Assembly (NCBI GenBank): GCA_903900265.1 | Contig: CAIUMM010000075.1 | Coordinates: 95,125-159,124 of the forward strand | Length of the DNA: 64,000 nt | Reading direction: 5' to 3' | Source: an uncultured Pseudomonadota bacterium | GTDB lineage: Bacteria > Myxococcota_A > UBA796 > SXON01 | Shown here: one piece after another, positions 1-9,313 of the stretch | Layout: each line of letters starts with the position of its first letter | How positions within the stretch are numbered: the stretch's first letter is position 1 | Position numbers and translations under genes: made by a program | The notes under the pieces: model-generated | Told to the model about the DNA's origin: nothing | The model's database searches: none | The model's input: only the letters and a program-made list of their open reading frames with translations

Positions 1-49
1 GTCCACACCCGAAGCTCCATCGACCAAGCCGGTCACCGATATCCGCTCT

Positions 50-660
50 TTGATGCTCGCATTGCGTGAGCTCGCCGAGCCCATCGCTACGCGGGTGGAC
101 GTCGAGGTGATCGCCATCGAGTGGATCGGATCCGCCGAAGGGCGGGTGCTCCGGGTGTCGGTGGATCGTCCAGGTGGTTCGACGATCACGGATTGCACGC
201 GCTTTTCTCGTATTTTTTCGCCGGCGCTCGACGCCGCGGATCTGATCAGCACGGCCTTCAACCTCGAGGTCTCGACGCCGGGCATCGAACGTCCGCTGCA
301 GCGCCTGTCGGACTTCGAGCGCTTCATCGGTTGCACCGCCCGGGTCAAGACGTGGGACATGGACGGGCGGCGCCGCTTGAAGTGTGTGCTCGGCGGCGTC
401 GACGGGGACTACGTGCTCGTGACCGTCGACGGCGTTCCTCGCCGGTATTTTATCGAAGACATCGAGCGGGCCAACCTGCTGCTGGATCTCGACCAGTTCG
501 AGCGTATCGGCCAGGGACTGCACCCGATTGATCCTGACGCCGCCTCCGTGCCCGTCCCCGTCAAGGCGAAGGGCAAGGCCGGCGCCGCAAACTTCTCGAA
601 ATCCGAGGGTGGTAACGCCACCCCGAAGCCCAAATCCGCCCGTCCCCCCAGGAGCCCAGC

Positions 661-664
<4 letters not shown>
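50..664 (+). CDS. rimP: Ribosome maturation factor RimP
   Basis: The first ~150 aa fit the RimP/YhbC pattern ([19 protein letters not shown].., SH3-like C-domain). ATGA overlap (661-664) with nusA gives the conserved rimP-nusA order. Start is uncertain (TTG 50, ATG 53, frame open to the window edge). Carries a K/P/A-rich C-terminal tail. Confidence 0.8.
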
Positions 665-1962
<1,298 letters not shown>

Positions 1963-1995
1963 CCAACAGGCCCCAAGGGCGTGTTGGTAATTTTG
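1963..1995 (+). terminator. Rho-independent terminator candidate after nusA
   Basis: Hairpin ccaaca-g-gccc-caa-gggc-g-tgttgg (1963-1987) starts right after the nusA TAG and is followed by taattttg (1988-1995). Confidence 0.55.
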
Positions 1996-2036
1996 CGCGG
2001 AATACGGTACACCACCGGTCGGTTCAAGGTCCTGCC

Positions 2037-3569
2037 ATGTTGCTTTTGCTCACCCGGCTGGCTCTCGCCGCGGACGTCTACGTCTCCTCCAATGTGAAGG
2101 GGGCGCAGATCCTGCTGAACGGGGTCGAAACTGGAGTTTTGACGCCCGGTACTGTGACGGGCGTCGCCCCGGGCGTGGTCACGCTCACCGTCTTGGGGGA
2201 GTGCGTGCGCGGCGAGGCGACGACGGCGGTATCGTCCGGCGTCACCGCCCGAGTCAGCGTGACGGCTGTGGCGCAGCTTGGCACCATCACGGTGCGTCCA
2301 AGCCCCAGTCAGGCGAAGCTGACCTTGGACGACCGTCCTTGGCCGGGCGAGAGCGGTGCGCCGGTGGCCGTGCAGTGCGGCGAGCACACCATCGCCGCGG
2401 AGCAGTCCGGCTATGTCCCTGCGGTCGTGACGGTGGACCTGCACATGGATGAGGACATCGACCTCCCGCTCAGCCTGAGCAAGTTGGGCATGGGCACCAT
2501 CGATCTGACCGCTCAGCCGCGCACGGCGACGATGACCTTGGACGGGCGTCCGATCGGCGAGGACGCGGTGAGCTTGCCGAGCGTGTTCGCCGGCGTGCAC
2601 GCGATCGGCGCTAACTTGGACGGTTACAAGACCGCTACCAAGCAGATCGTCGTCGCGGATGGGGACGCGCAGGCTTGGCACATTGAGCTAGCGCGTGAGG
2701 GGTCCAAGAAAGAGAGCGCCGTCATCGTCGTGCGCCCCGGCCGCGGCGGTGAGCTCGCCGAGGGCCTAGACGGCGGCACCGACGACGAGCTTGCCGCTGC
2801 GTCCGTCGCCGAGGCGCGTGCCGCGGGCGACAACGCGGCGCGTATGGCCGCGGAGGACGCTGCGTTGCAACGTCGTGCGGAGGAAGCGCGCCGGCGTGGG
2901 GCTGGGGATGCTGGAGCAGCCGCGGCAGTTAGCCGCGTCGATCGCGCCGAAGCGGAGCGCGCCGCTCAGGAGCAGATCGAGCGAGCGGAGGCGGAGCGCG
3001 CCGCTCAGGAGCAGATCGAGCGAGCGGAGGCGGAGCGCGCCGCTCAGGAGCAGATCGAGCGAGCGGAGGCGGAGCGCGCCGAGGCCGAGCAAGCGCGGGC
3101 CGCAGAGGCCCGTCGGAAGGCCGCGCTCACCGCGAAAGCTGAGGTAGAAGCTGCCGAGGCGGCGCAGTCGAAACCGGCTCCCCAGCGCGCCGTCGCAAAG
3201 CAGTCGTCTACCCCGACCAAGGGTGCAGGCCTCAAGCCCACGCAGGTCGCGGGCATCACCGGAATGGCGCTGGGCGCCGGAACAGGCGGGTTGACGGCCT
3301 ACTTTTATGCCGAGTCCAGCCAAGCGTACCGAATTTACAACGCCAAGGTCGAGTCCGCGCGCTCCCAACACGACCAGCAAATGGCGGCCGGGGCCCAAAG
3401 CTACTTCGAGAATTTCGTCGTTCCGCGCCGAAACGCGCTCTATCTTTCGGGTGGGGCGACCGGGGCGTTGCTCGTGGCCGGCGTCGTGCTGGTCCTCGTG
3501 GATGAGACCGGGCCGGTGGTCGCGCCGTTGCCGGGCGGTGGCATGTTGAGCTGGACTGGCCGCTTCTGA
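2037..3569 (+). CDS. PEGA-domain envelope protein with coiled-coil repeat and C-terminal TM anchor
   Basis: Hydrophobic N-terminus and several PEGA-like beta-sandwich segments (VYVSSNVKGAQILLNGVETG; ITVRPSPSQAKLTLDDRP; IDLTAQPRTATMTLDGRPIG; ANLDGYKTATKQIVV). Also an A/E/R-rich helix with perfect 13-aa repeats and a C-terminal TM segment (ALLVAGVVLVLV). Confidence 0.75.
   Translation: MLLLLTRLALAADVYVSSNVKGAQILLNGVETGVLTPGTVTGVAPGVVTLTVLGECVRGEATTAVSSGVTARVSVTAVAQLGTITVRPSPSQAKLTLDDRPWPGESGAPVAVQCGEHTIAAEQSGYVPAVVTVDLHMDEDIDLPLSLSKLGMGTIDLTAQPRTATMTLDGRPIGEDAVSLPSVFAGVHAIGANLDGYKTATKQIVVADGDAQAWHIELAREGSKKESAVIVVRPGRGGELAEGLDGGTDDELAAASVAEARAAGDNAARMAAEDAALQRRAEEARRRGAGDAGAAAAVSRVDRAEAERAAQEQIERAEAERAAQEQIERAEAERAAQEQIERAEAERAEAEQARAAEARRKAALTAKAEVEAAEAAQSKPAPQRAVAKQSSTPTKGAGLKPTQVAGITGMALGAGTGGLTAYFYAESSQAYRIYNAKVESARSQHDQQMAAGAQSYFENFVVPRRNALYLSGGATGALLVAGVVLVLVDETGPVVAPLPGGGMLSWTGRF
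2952..3081 (+). repeat. Perfect 39-bp tandem repeat (3 copies plus a 13-nt partial) inside the PEGA gene
   Basis: Unit gcggagcgcgccgctcaggagcagatcgagcgagcggag at 2952-2990, 2991-3029 and 3030-3068, then a partial copy. Encodes (AERAAQEQIERAE)n. Confidence 0.95.
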
Positions 3570-4375
3570 TGATCCCGGCCCTCGCCCTCGCTGCGGTGTG
3601 TGAGGGCTCGGGGATGATTCTGGACCCGGGACATCCGGGCATGCTGCTCCTCGAGGACAACGAGGTCGCCGATCATCTGTTTACGGCCTCGATCGAGGGC
3701 GCGATGTCGGGCGGGAGCGCCGACCGCGTGTCCTTACCGATCCCGGTGGAGGACCCCGAGGCGCTTGCGTCGGATGGGGCGGGGCTGTGGGTGGTGGGCT
3801 CCCATTCGAGGAGCAAGTCCGGAGGGCGAAAGCTGCTTCGGGAGCGTATTCTACAGATTCAGAGCGGGGTAAGTACGCTGTGGACCGTGGACTGGACGGG
3901 CTGTGCCGCCTGCGGCGATCCCGCTTCCCCTGCCGCGCCCGGACCCGCGCTGAACGTGGAGGGCGCTGCGTTTTGGGGCACCCACCTTTGGCTGGGGCTG
4001 CGCGCGCCGTTGCTGGACGATGGGCGTGCACGGCTGGTACAGCTGACCCCGAGCGGGGTGTCCGGCGTGTTCGGCGTTCGGGACGTGACGATCGATCTGG
4101 GCGGGCTCGGCGTGCGCGACCTCGCAGTTCAGCCCGGAAACCCTGACGTGCTCTGGATCCTCGCCGGTCCATCCTCGGGGAACGCGTCGGGCGCGATCTA
4201 CACGCTGTCCAGCGAAGCCGCTTCGCCGGTGCGAGCGGCGGTGCCGGTGCCCGAGGACGCCGAAGGCCTCGTGGTGCTCGCGGATGGCGGGCTGCGCGTG
4301 CTGACCGATGGCGCGGCCAAGTCGGACGGCACCTGCAAGACTCCCTCTGCGTTGTACCGGCTTGCCCCGCGCTGA
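3569..4375 (+). CDS. Hypothetical protein, DUF3616-like (tentative)
   Basis: 268-aa ORF whose ATG overlaps the PEGA gene stop (TGATG at 3567-3571). Motifs ...DPEALASDGAGLWVVGSHSRSK... and ...LNVEGAAFWGTHLWLGLRAPL... resemble DUF3616-type proteins. Family call is from memory only. Confidence 0.5.
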   Translation: MIPALALAAVCEGSGMILDPGHPGMLLLEDNEVADHLFTASIEGAMSGGSADRVSLPIPVEDPEALASDGAGLWVVGSHSRSKSGGRKLLRERILQIQSGVSTLWTVDWTGCAACGDPASPAAPGPALNVEGAAFWGTHLWLGLRAPLLDDGRARLVQLTPSGVSGVFGVRDVTIDLGGLGVRDLAVQPGNPDVLWILAGPSSGNASGAIYTLSSEAASPVRAAVPVPEDAEGLVVLADGGLRVLTDGAAKSDGTCKTPSALYRLAPR

Positions 4376-4485
4376 CAAGCTTTGACGCCCATGGGTGGGA
4401 TCTGGAGCGGACGCGGAGAGGCCTGACGGTTAGGGCGGCGTCCATTCTTGGAAAGCCCGTCGCTGCAGACGGGAGGTGGTGAGCG

Positions 4486-5382
4486 ATGATTGAGGTTCAA
4501 GGCCTAACCAAATCCTACGGCGACACGCTCGCCTTGTCGGACGTGAGCTTCACGGTCCGACAAGGCGAAGTGGTCGGCTTTCTTGGCCAGAACGGCGCGG
4601 GAAAAAGCACGACGATGCGCATCATCGCGGGCTCGCTGGGCGCAAGCTCGGGCACCGCGCGCGTAGGCGGCTTCGATGTCGCAGAAGAGCCGCGCAAGGT
4701 GCAGGCGATGCTCGGATACGCCCCCGAGACGCCCCCGGTGTACACCAACATGACCGTCGGCGACTATGTCCGCTTCGCCGCCCAGCTGAAGGGCGTGAGC
4801 GACGTCGACGGCGCCACGAAGAAGGCGCTCGGTCGCGTGGGCCTCGACGCGGTCAGCCACCGCATCATCGACAACCTCTCCAAGGGCTACCGCCAGCGCG
4901 TCGGGCTCGCCCAGGCGTTGGTGCACGACCCGCGGGTGCTGGTGCTGGACGAGCCGACTTCGGGCCTTGATCCTGCCCAGCGCATCGAGATCAAGAACCT
5001 GATCCACGATCTCTCGCTCGCCGATGACCGCACGGTCATGTTGTCGACCCACGTGCTCACCGAGATCGAGGCGATCTGCAGCCGGGTGATCATCATCCAT
5101 CGCGGCAAGATCGTCGCGCAGAGCGATCTGGCCACGCTCGCGGGCGGCGCAGGAAAGCTCGTGCGCATCGAGGTCGCGCGGCCCGATGGCCTGCTGGACG
5201 TGCTGCGCAAGGTGCAGGGCGTGAAGACGGCGGAGCAGGACGGTGCCCGGTTCATGGTCACCGGCGAGTCCGACCTGCGGGAGGCTGTTGCATCGGCGTC
5301 CGTCTCCTACGGTCTGATCTCCCTGCAGGGCGAGCGGCTTGAGGACACGTATATTCGTCTTACTACGGGGGTAACGGTATGA
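4486..5382 (+). CDS. ABC transporter ATP-binding protein (ABC-2/GldA-like)
   Basis: Walker A GQNGAGKST, signature LSKGYRQRV, Walker B VLVLDEPTSGLD. GGAGG-like RBS upstream. Confidence 0.9.
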   Translation: MIEVQGLTKSYGDTLALSDVSFTVRQGEVVGFLGQNGAGKSTTMRIIAGSLGASSGTARVGGFDVAEEPRKVQAMLGYAPETPPVYTNMTVGDYVRFAAQLKGVSDVDGATKKALGRVGLDAVSHRIIDNLSKGYRQRVGLAQALVHDPRVLVLDEPTSGLDPAQRIEIKNLIHDLSLADDRTVMLSTHVLTEIEAICSRVIIIHRGKIVAQSDLATLAGGAGKLVRIEVARPDGLLDVLRKVQGVKTAEQDGARFMVTGESDLREAVASASVSYGLISLQGERLEDTYIRLTTGVTV

Positions 5383-6149
5383 TCGGCGCACTCACCATCG
5401 CGCGACGGGAAACGTCGGCGCTGTTCTCCACCCCAGTGGGTTGGATCGCGCTCACCGCGTTCACGTTCATCGGCGGGTTCTTCTTCACCGCGATGCTCAT
5501 CGGGTATTTTGACGCCTACTCCCAGTCGGTGCTCAACCCCGGGCAGGCGGACCAGCTCTCGGTCAACGAGTGGGTGATCCAGCCTTTGTTCTCGAACTTG
5601 GGCGTCATCGCGTTGTTCATCGTCCCCGCGGTGACCATGCGCCTGATCGCCGAGGACCGCCGGCAGCGCAGCATCGAGCTCTTGCTGACCTCTCCGGTTT
5701 CGTCCTACGAGATCGCCCTTGGTAAGTTCCTCGGCGGCATGGGCTTCGCGCTGGTGATGGCGGCGAGCACGCTGCCGTTCACGTGGTTTCTGTACACGAT
5801 GGGCGACCCGGACACCGGCATCGTGATCAGCAACTACGTCAGCTTCGTGCTGATGCTGGGCACGTTGATCGCGATGGGCACCTTCGCTTCGTCGGTCACC
5901 GAGAACCAGATCGTCGCGTTCATGATCTCGTTCGCGGGGGGCTTGTTCCTGTGGATCTCCAACTGGTTGGTCCAGTCCATGGGCGACGGGGCCGCCAAGA
6001 CCGGCATTGAGTACCTCTCGATGCTCAAGCACGCAGAGTCCATGGGCAAGGGCTTGCTCCACGTTCAGGACGTCGTCTACTTCCTCTCTTTCATTGGGTT
6101 CTTCCTGTTCGCTACGGCGCAACGGGTTGAAGCCCTGCGGTGGCGCTGA
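5379..6149 (+). CDS. ABC-2 type transporter permease (GldF-like)
   Basis: 256-aa polytopic hydrophobic ORF. ATGA overlap with the ATPase gene. Confidence 0.85.
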   Translation: MIGALTIARRETSALFSTPVGWIALTAFTFIGGFFFTAMLIGYFDAYSQSVLNPGQADQLSVNEWVIQPLFSNLGVIALFIVPAVTMRLIAEDRRQRSIELLLTSPVSSYEIALGKFLGGMGFALVMAASTLPFTWFLYTMGDPDTGIVISNYVSFVLMLGTLIAMGTFASSVTENQIVAFMISFAGGLFLWISNWLVQSMGDGAAKTGIEYLSMLKHAESMGKGLLHVQDVVYFLSFIGFFLFATAQRVEALRWR

Positions 6150-7792
6150 TGGTCACACGTATACTTGGTTGGTTGCTCGCCCTTTTTGGGGTCATGTGCT
6201 TGCTCGCAGCGGGCGCTGGCTACTTCATCTGGGGATTCAAGGACGCTCCGGTGCCCGTGAACATCCTCGCGGGTGTAGGCGTGGCGCAGCTCGCCCTCTG
6301 GCTGGTCTTGGACTGGAAGAGCTTGTCCGCGCTCGGCAAAGATCAGACCGTGGGCCGCTCTGCGATGTCCGGGGTGATCGTGCTCGCGATCGGCGGCATC
6401 GCCTCGCTCGTGAACGTCGCGGCCTACCGCTACGACAAGCGCTGGGATCTCACCAACGACCAGCAGTTCACCTTGTCCGCGCAGTCCAAGGACATCGTCA
6501 AGGCCTTGGACCGCGAGATCACGATCTCGGCGTTCTTCCAGGCGGGCAGCCCGCAAGAGCAGAACTTCAAGCAGCTGATGCAGAGCTACTCCGACGAGAG
6601 CACGCTGCTGAAGATCGACTACCACGATCCCTACGCCGACCCGCTGCTCGCCGAGCAGATGAAGATCGTGTCCCCCAGCGGTACCGTCATCATCAAGGTG
6701 GGCGAGAACCAGCAGCGTCTGGAGTCCTCTTTTGACGAAGAGGCGGTGACCAACGCGGTCGTGAAGGTCACGCGCGAGCGCTCCCACACGGTGTGCGTCG
6801 TGCAGGGCCACGGAGAGCTGGAGCTTCAGGACGATCAGTCGCCCGGTGGCCTCGGCGTCGCGGTTTCGCGTCTTGAAGCGCAGAACTACAAGACCTCCGC
6901 GCTCAACTTGCTGGAGTCCCAGCCCTCGCCGGACACCTGTGAGGTGGTTGTGCTCGCCGGGCCGCGCGTGGATTTGGTCGCGGCGGAGCGGGATCGCCTC
7001 GCGCGCTACGTCGCTGCGGGCGGCGGGTTGATCGTGATGTTGGACCCGTTGCAGACCCCTGAGACCGCCGCGGACATGGCGCGCTACGGCGTGAAGGTGG
7101 GCAACGACGTCGTGGTGGAGGGCGATCCCAACCGCATGGTCGCTGCGAATGACCCCACGGCGCTCGGCCTCGACAGCACGAGCTGGGACATCCATCCGAT
7201 CACCGAGAAGCTCACGGGTCTCGTCATCCTCTCGATGGCGCGGTCTGTCGGCAAGGGCGAGGACGTCGCGGGCCTCAACGTTCAGGTGATCGGCCACGGC
7301 AGCGCGGGCGGCTGGGGCGAGACCAAGCTCGATGACCCCAACGTCCCCTCCGAGCCCACGCCGGGCGACGACATCGTCGGAAACGTGCCGCTCATCGTCA
7401 GCGTCGACGTGACCGATCCGGCCAACCTGCGCACCACCAGCGCGGCGATGGACATGCCCTCTACCGCGGGCGCCCCTGTGGTCGCGCCGGTCGACCCGGT
7501 GGCCGCGCCTGCGGTCAAGGCGGGCGGCAAGGTGATGGTGTTCGGCGACGGCGACTTCGCTGCGAACTTGCTGGTGCTCAAAGCCCAGAATCAGGATCTG
7601 TTCCTGAACTCCGTGGCGTGGATGGTCGGCGAGAAGGACCAACTGGCGATTCGCGCCAACAAGGCGCAGAAAGGCAAGTTGGAGCTGACTGAGCTCTCGG
7701 TGTTTGGCGGTGCGGCTCTGGGCTTGTTGCTGATCCCCGGCCTGTGCTTGGCGGGCATGATCGGAACGTGGCTGGTTCGTCGCGGAAAGTAG
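6149..7792 (+). CDS. GldG-like ABC-transport auxiliary protein
   Basis: N- and C-terminal TM segments flank a large soluble domain, placed after an ABC-2 permease as in GldG-family 'ABC-type uncharacterized transport system' proteins. ATG 6149 overlaps the permease TGA; the ORF track starts it at GTG 6140. Confidence 0.8.
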   Translation: MVTRILGWLLALFGVMCLLAAGAGYFIWGFKDAPVPVNILAGVGVAQLALWLVLDWKSLSALGKDQTVGRSAMSGVIVLAIGGIASLVNVAAYRYDKRWDLTNDQQFTLSAQSKDIVKALDREITISAFFQAGSPQEQNFKQLMQSYSDESTLLKIDYHDPYADPLLAEQMKIVSPSGTVIIKVGENQQRLESSFDEEAVTNAVVKVTRERSHTVCVVQGHGELELQDDQSPGGLGVAVSRLEAQNYKTSALNLLESQPSPDTCEVVVLAGPRVDLVAAERDRLARYVAAGGGLIVMLDPLQTPETAADMARYGVKVGNDVVVEGDPNRMVAANDPTALGLDSTSWDIHPITEKLTGLVILSMARSVGKGEDVAGLNVQVIGHGSAGGWGETKLDDPNVPSEPTPGDDIVGNVPLIVSVDVTDPANLRTTSAAMDMPSTAGAPVVAPVDPVAAPAVKAGGKVMVFGDGDFAANLLVLKAQNQDLFLNSVAWMVGEKDQLAIRANKAQKGKLELTELSVFGGAALGLLLIPGLCLAGMIGTWLVRRGK

Positions 7793-7835
7793 TCTCCTCG
7801 CGCTGAGGTCGCGCTCGCGGGCGCGTCCGTGCAGC

Positions 7836-8702
7836 TCAGGGAAGAACGGGTGCTGGTCCCGCCGCAGGGGGCCAGAACCAAATCCGGCTTGGATCGCGCC
7901 AGACCAGTCGATTCGTGCGTAAGTCGAAGAGCTGCGATTCGCGGTCACTGCCGATGTAGAGCCAGTGACCGGCGCGGTTCACCCGCAGCGGCTTGATGGT
8001 GCTGGTGCTGGCGACCAACGCCCAACCCGCCTCGGTTTTGACCATCGCCGGGCCAGAGGGTACCGGGCCGCTTGCTTCGGGCAGCTCCGCCCAGGCGACC
8101 GCGGGCTGGCCTTCCGCGAGCAGCCACGCGCTCGACTTCGAGGCGGCGGCGCTGTTCAGCGCGCTCAGCTCTGCGGCGTCGCTCACCCGCGTGGCGGCTA
8201 GGTTCGCGGCGTCGCTGCTCAGCACCGCGGGCGTGTACGGACAGGCTTTGGTGTCCACCGGTGCGCCTTTCGTGTCCACACATTGGGCGCCGATCGCGCT
8301 GTCGGGAAGCGGCAACTTGGGGCTTCCGTCCAGCGGGATCAGCCAGCCCGCAGGGGAGTGCCCCGGCGTGAGCGCCAGAACGTGCGGGCCTCCCACAACG
8401 AGGCGCTCCGGGCAGAACGGCAAGGTGGCGAGCAGCTGCGTGTTCAACTGCGGAAGTCCAAGCAGCGAAACTGCGCAGCCTGTGGTCAGGGTGCGGCGTT
8501 GGACCAGCACCGCGGGCGTGCCGCCCGGCTCGATGGTGCTGATGGTGTCGCTCAGCGCGTCGGCGGTCGGCGTGAACGCGGGGAGCGGTGCGATCGTCGG
8601 GGGCTGCACGACCGGAGCTTCTACGGGGAGCGGCGCAGGCACGGGCTCGGCTGGAGCAGGCGGTGGAGACGGCGGTGTGGCGCAGGCGAGCAGGAGCAGC
8701 AT
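7836..8702 (-). CDS. Hypothetical lipoprotein
   Basis: Track ORF 7836-9092 trimmed to ATG 8700-8702 (MLLLLAC lipobox, Pro-rich linker) because the upstream part overlaps the peroxiredoxin-like gene. Starts 8 nt after that gene's stop. Confidence 0.6.
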   Translation of the reverse strand: MLLLLACATPPSPPPAPAEPVPAPLPVEAPVVQPPTIAPLPAFTPTADALSDTISTIEPGGTPAVLVQRRTLTTGCAVSLLGLPQLNTQLLATLPFCPERLVVGGPHVLALTPGHSPAGWLIPLDGSPKLPLPDSAIGAQCVDTKGAPVDTKACPYTPAVLSSDAANLAATRVSDAAELSALNSAAASKSSAWLLAEGQPAVAWAELPEASGPVPSGPAMVKTEAGWALVASTSTIKPLRVNRAGHWLYIGSDRESQLFDLRTNRLVWRDPSRIWFWPPAAGPAPVLP

Positions 8703-8710
8703 CGGCAGCG

Positions 8711-9244
8711 TCACATGCCGGTTTTGCTGGCTTGCTGCAACGCTTCGATCGATCGCACGATCGCCGCCACCGAAGGGGTGCCGCGGTTGCCCAACCGAAT
8801 CTTGCGCTCGGGGTTCACGAGGTAGACCGTGCGGATGTTCATCGGGCCGGTGACGGGGAACTGCATGCAGGCCTTGAACTGCCGCGCGACCGAGCCGCCT
8901 CGGTCGGTCAGCAACGGAAAGCTGAGCCCTGCGGCTTCCGCGAACGCCCGATGACTCGGCGCCTCCTCGCTGCTGATCCCGAAGACCTTCACGTTCAGAC
9001 GCGTGAAGTCGGCGATGTGCTTCTGAAAATCGTGAAGCTGAGTCGCGTCGGCGGTGCCGCCGTCTTCGACGTAGAACACCAGCACGCTCCAATGACGGCC
9101 GTGGCGATGCCAGGAGTCATCGTAGCTTTGGAGGTGCCATTCGGGTGCGGTCTCCCCTTCCGGGAGCAGCTTGGGGTAGACGCGCTCTTGAATCACGCGT
9201 TTGACAGGTTCAGGCAGGGATGCGAGCGACTTGCGAAGCGACAC
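8711..9244 (-). CDS. Peroxiredoxin/Bcp-like thioredoxin-fold protein (peroxidatic Cys apparently absent)
   Basis: AhpC/TSA-like pattern ..WSVLVFYVEDGGTADATQLHDF..NVKVFGISSEEAPSHRAFAEAAGLSFPLLTDRGG.. The position of the usual T-P-G-C motif reads G-T-A-D. Confidence 0.75.
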   Translation of the reverse strand: MSLRKSLASLPEPVKRVIQERVYPKLLPEGETAPEWHLQSYDDSWHRHGRHWSVLVFYVEDGGTADATQLHDFQKHIADFTRLNVKVFGISSEEAPSHRAFAEAAGLSFPLLTDRGGSVARQFKACMQFPVTGPMNIRTVYLVNPERKIRLGNRGTPSVAAIVRSIEALQQASKTGM

Positions 9245-9313
9245 ACAGTCTCCAGAGCGTGGGGGCGGTAACCCGGAGGGGGGGCCGCGGCCCGTCGTTG
9301 TCGCGCGCGGCGG

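Noticed and set aside
2952-3081. Possible CRISPR-like array (identical 39-bp repeats)
   Set aside because: The repeats are directly tandem with no spacers, in frame inside a coding region, and there are no cas genes in the window.
4486-7792. Reading the GldA/F/G-like genes as evidence for Bacteroidota-type gliding motility
   Set aside because: Only the ABC-type components are present, with no other gld/spr genes. Such ABC sets are widespread in non-gliding bacteria.
6077-7948. 623-aa minus-strand ORF opposite the GldG-like gene
   Set aside because: Shadow ORF with Arg-rich, low-complexity translation. The plus-strand gene has TM anchors and operon coupling.
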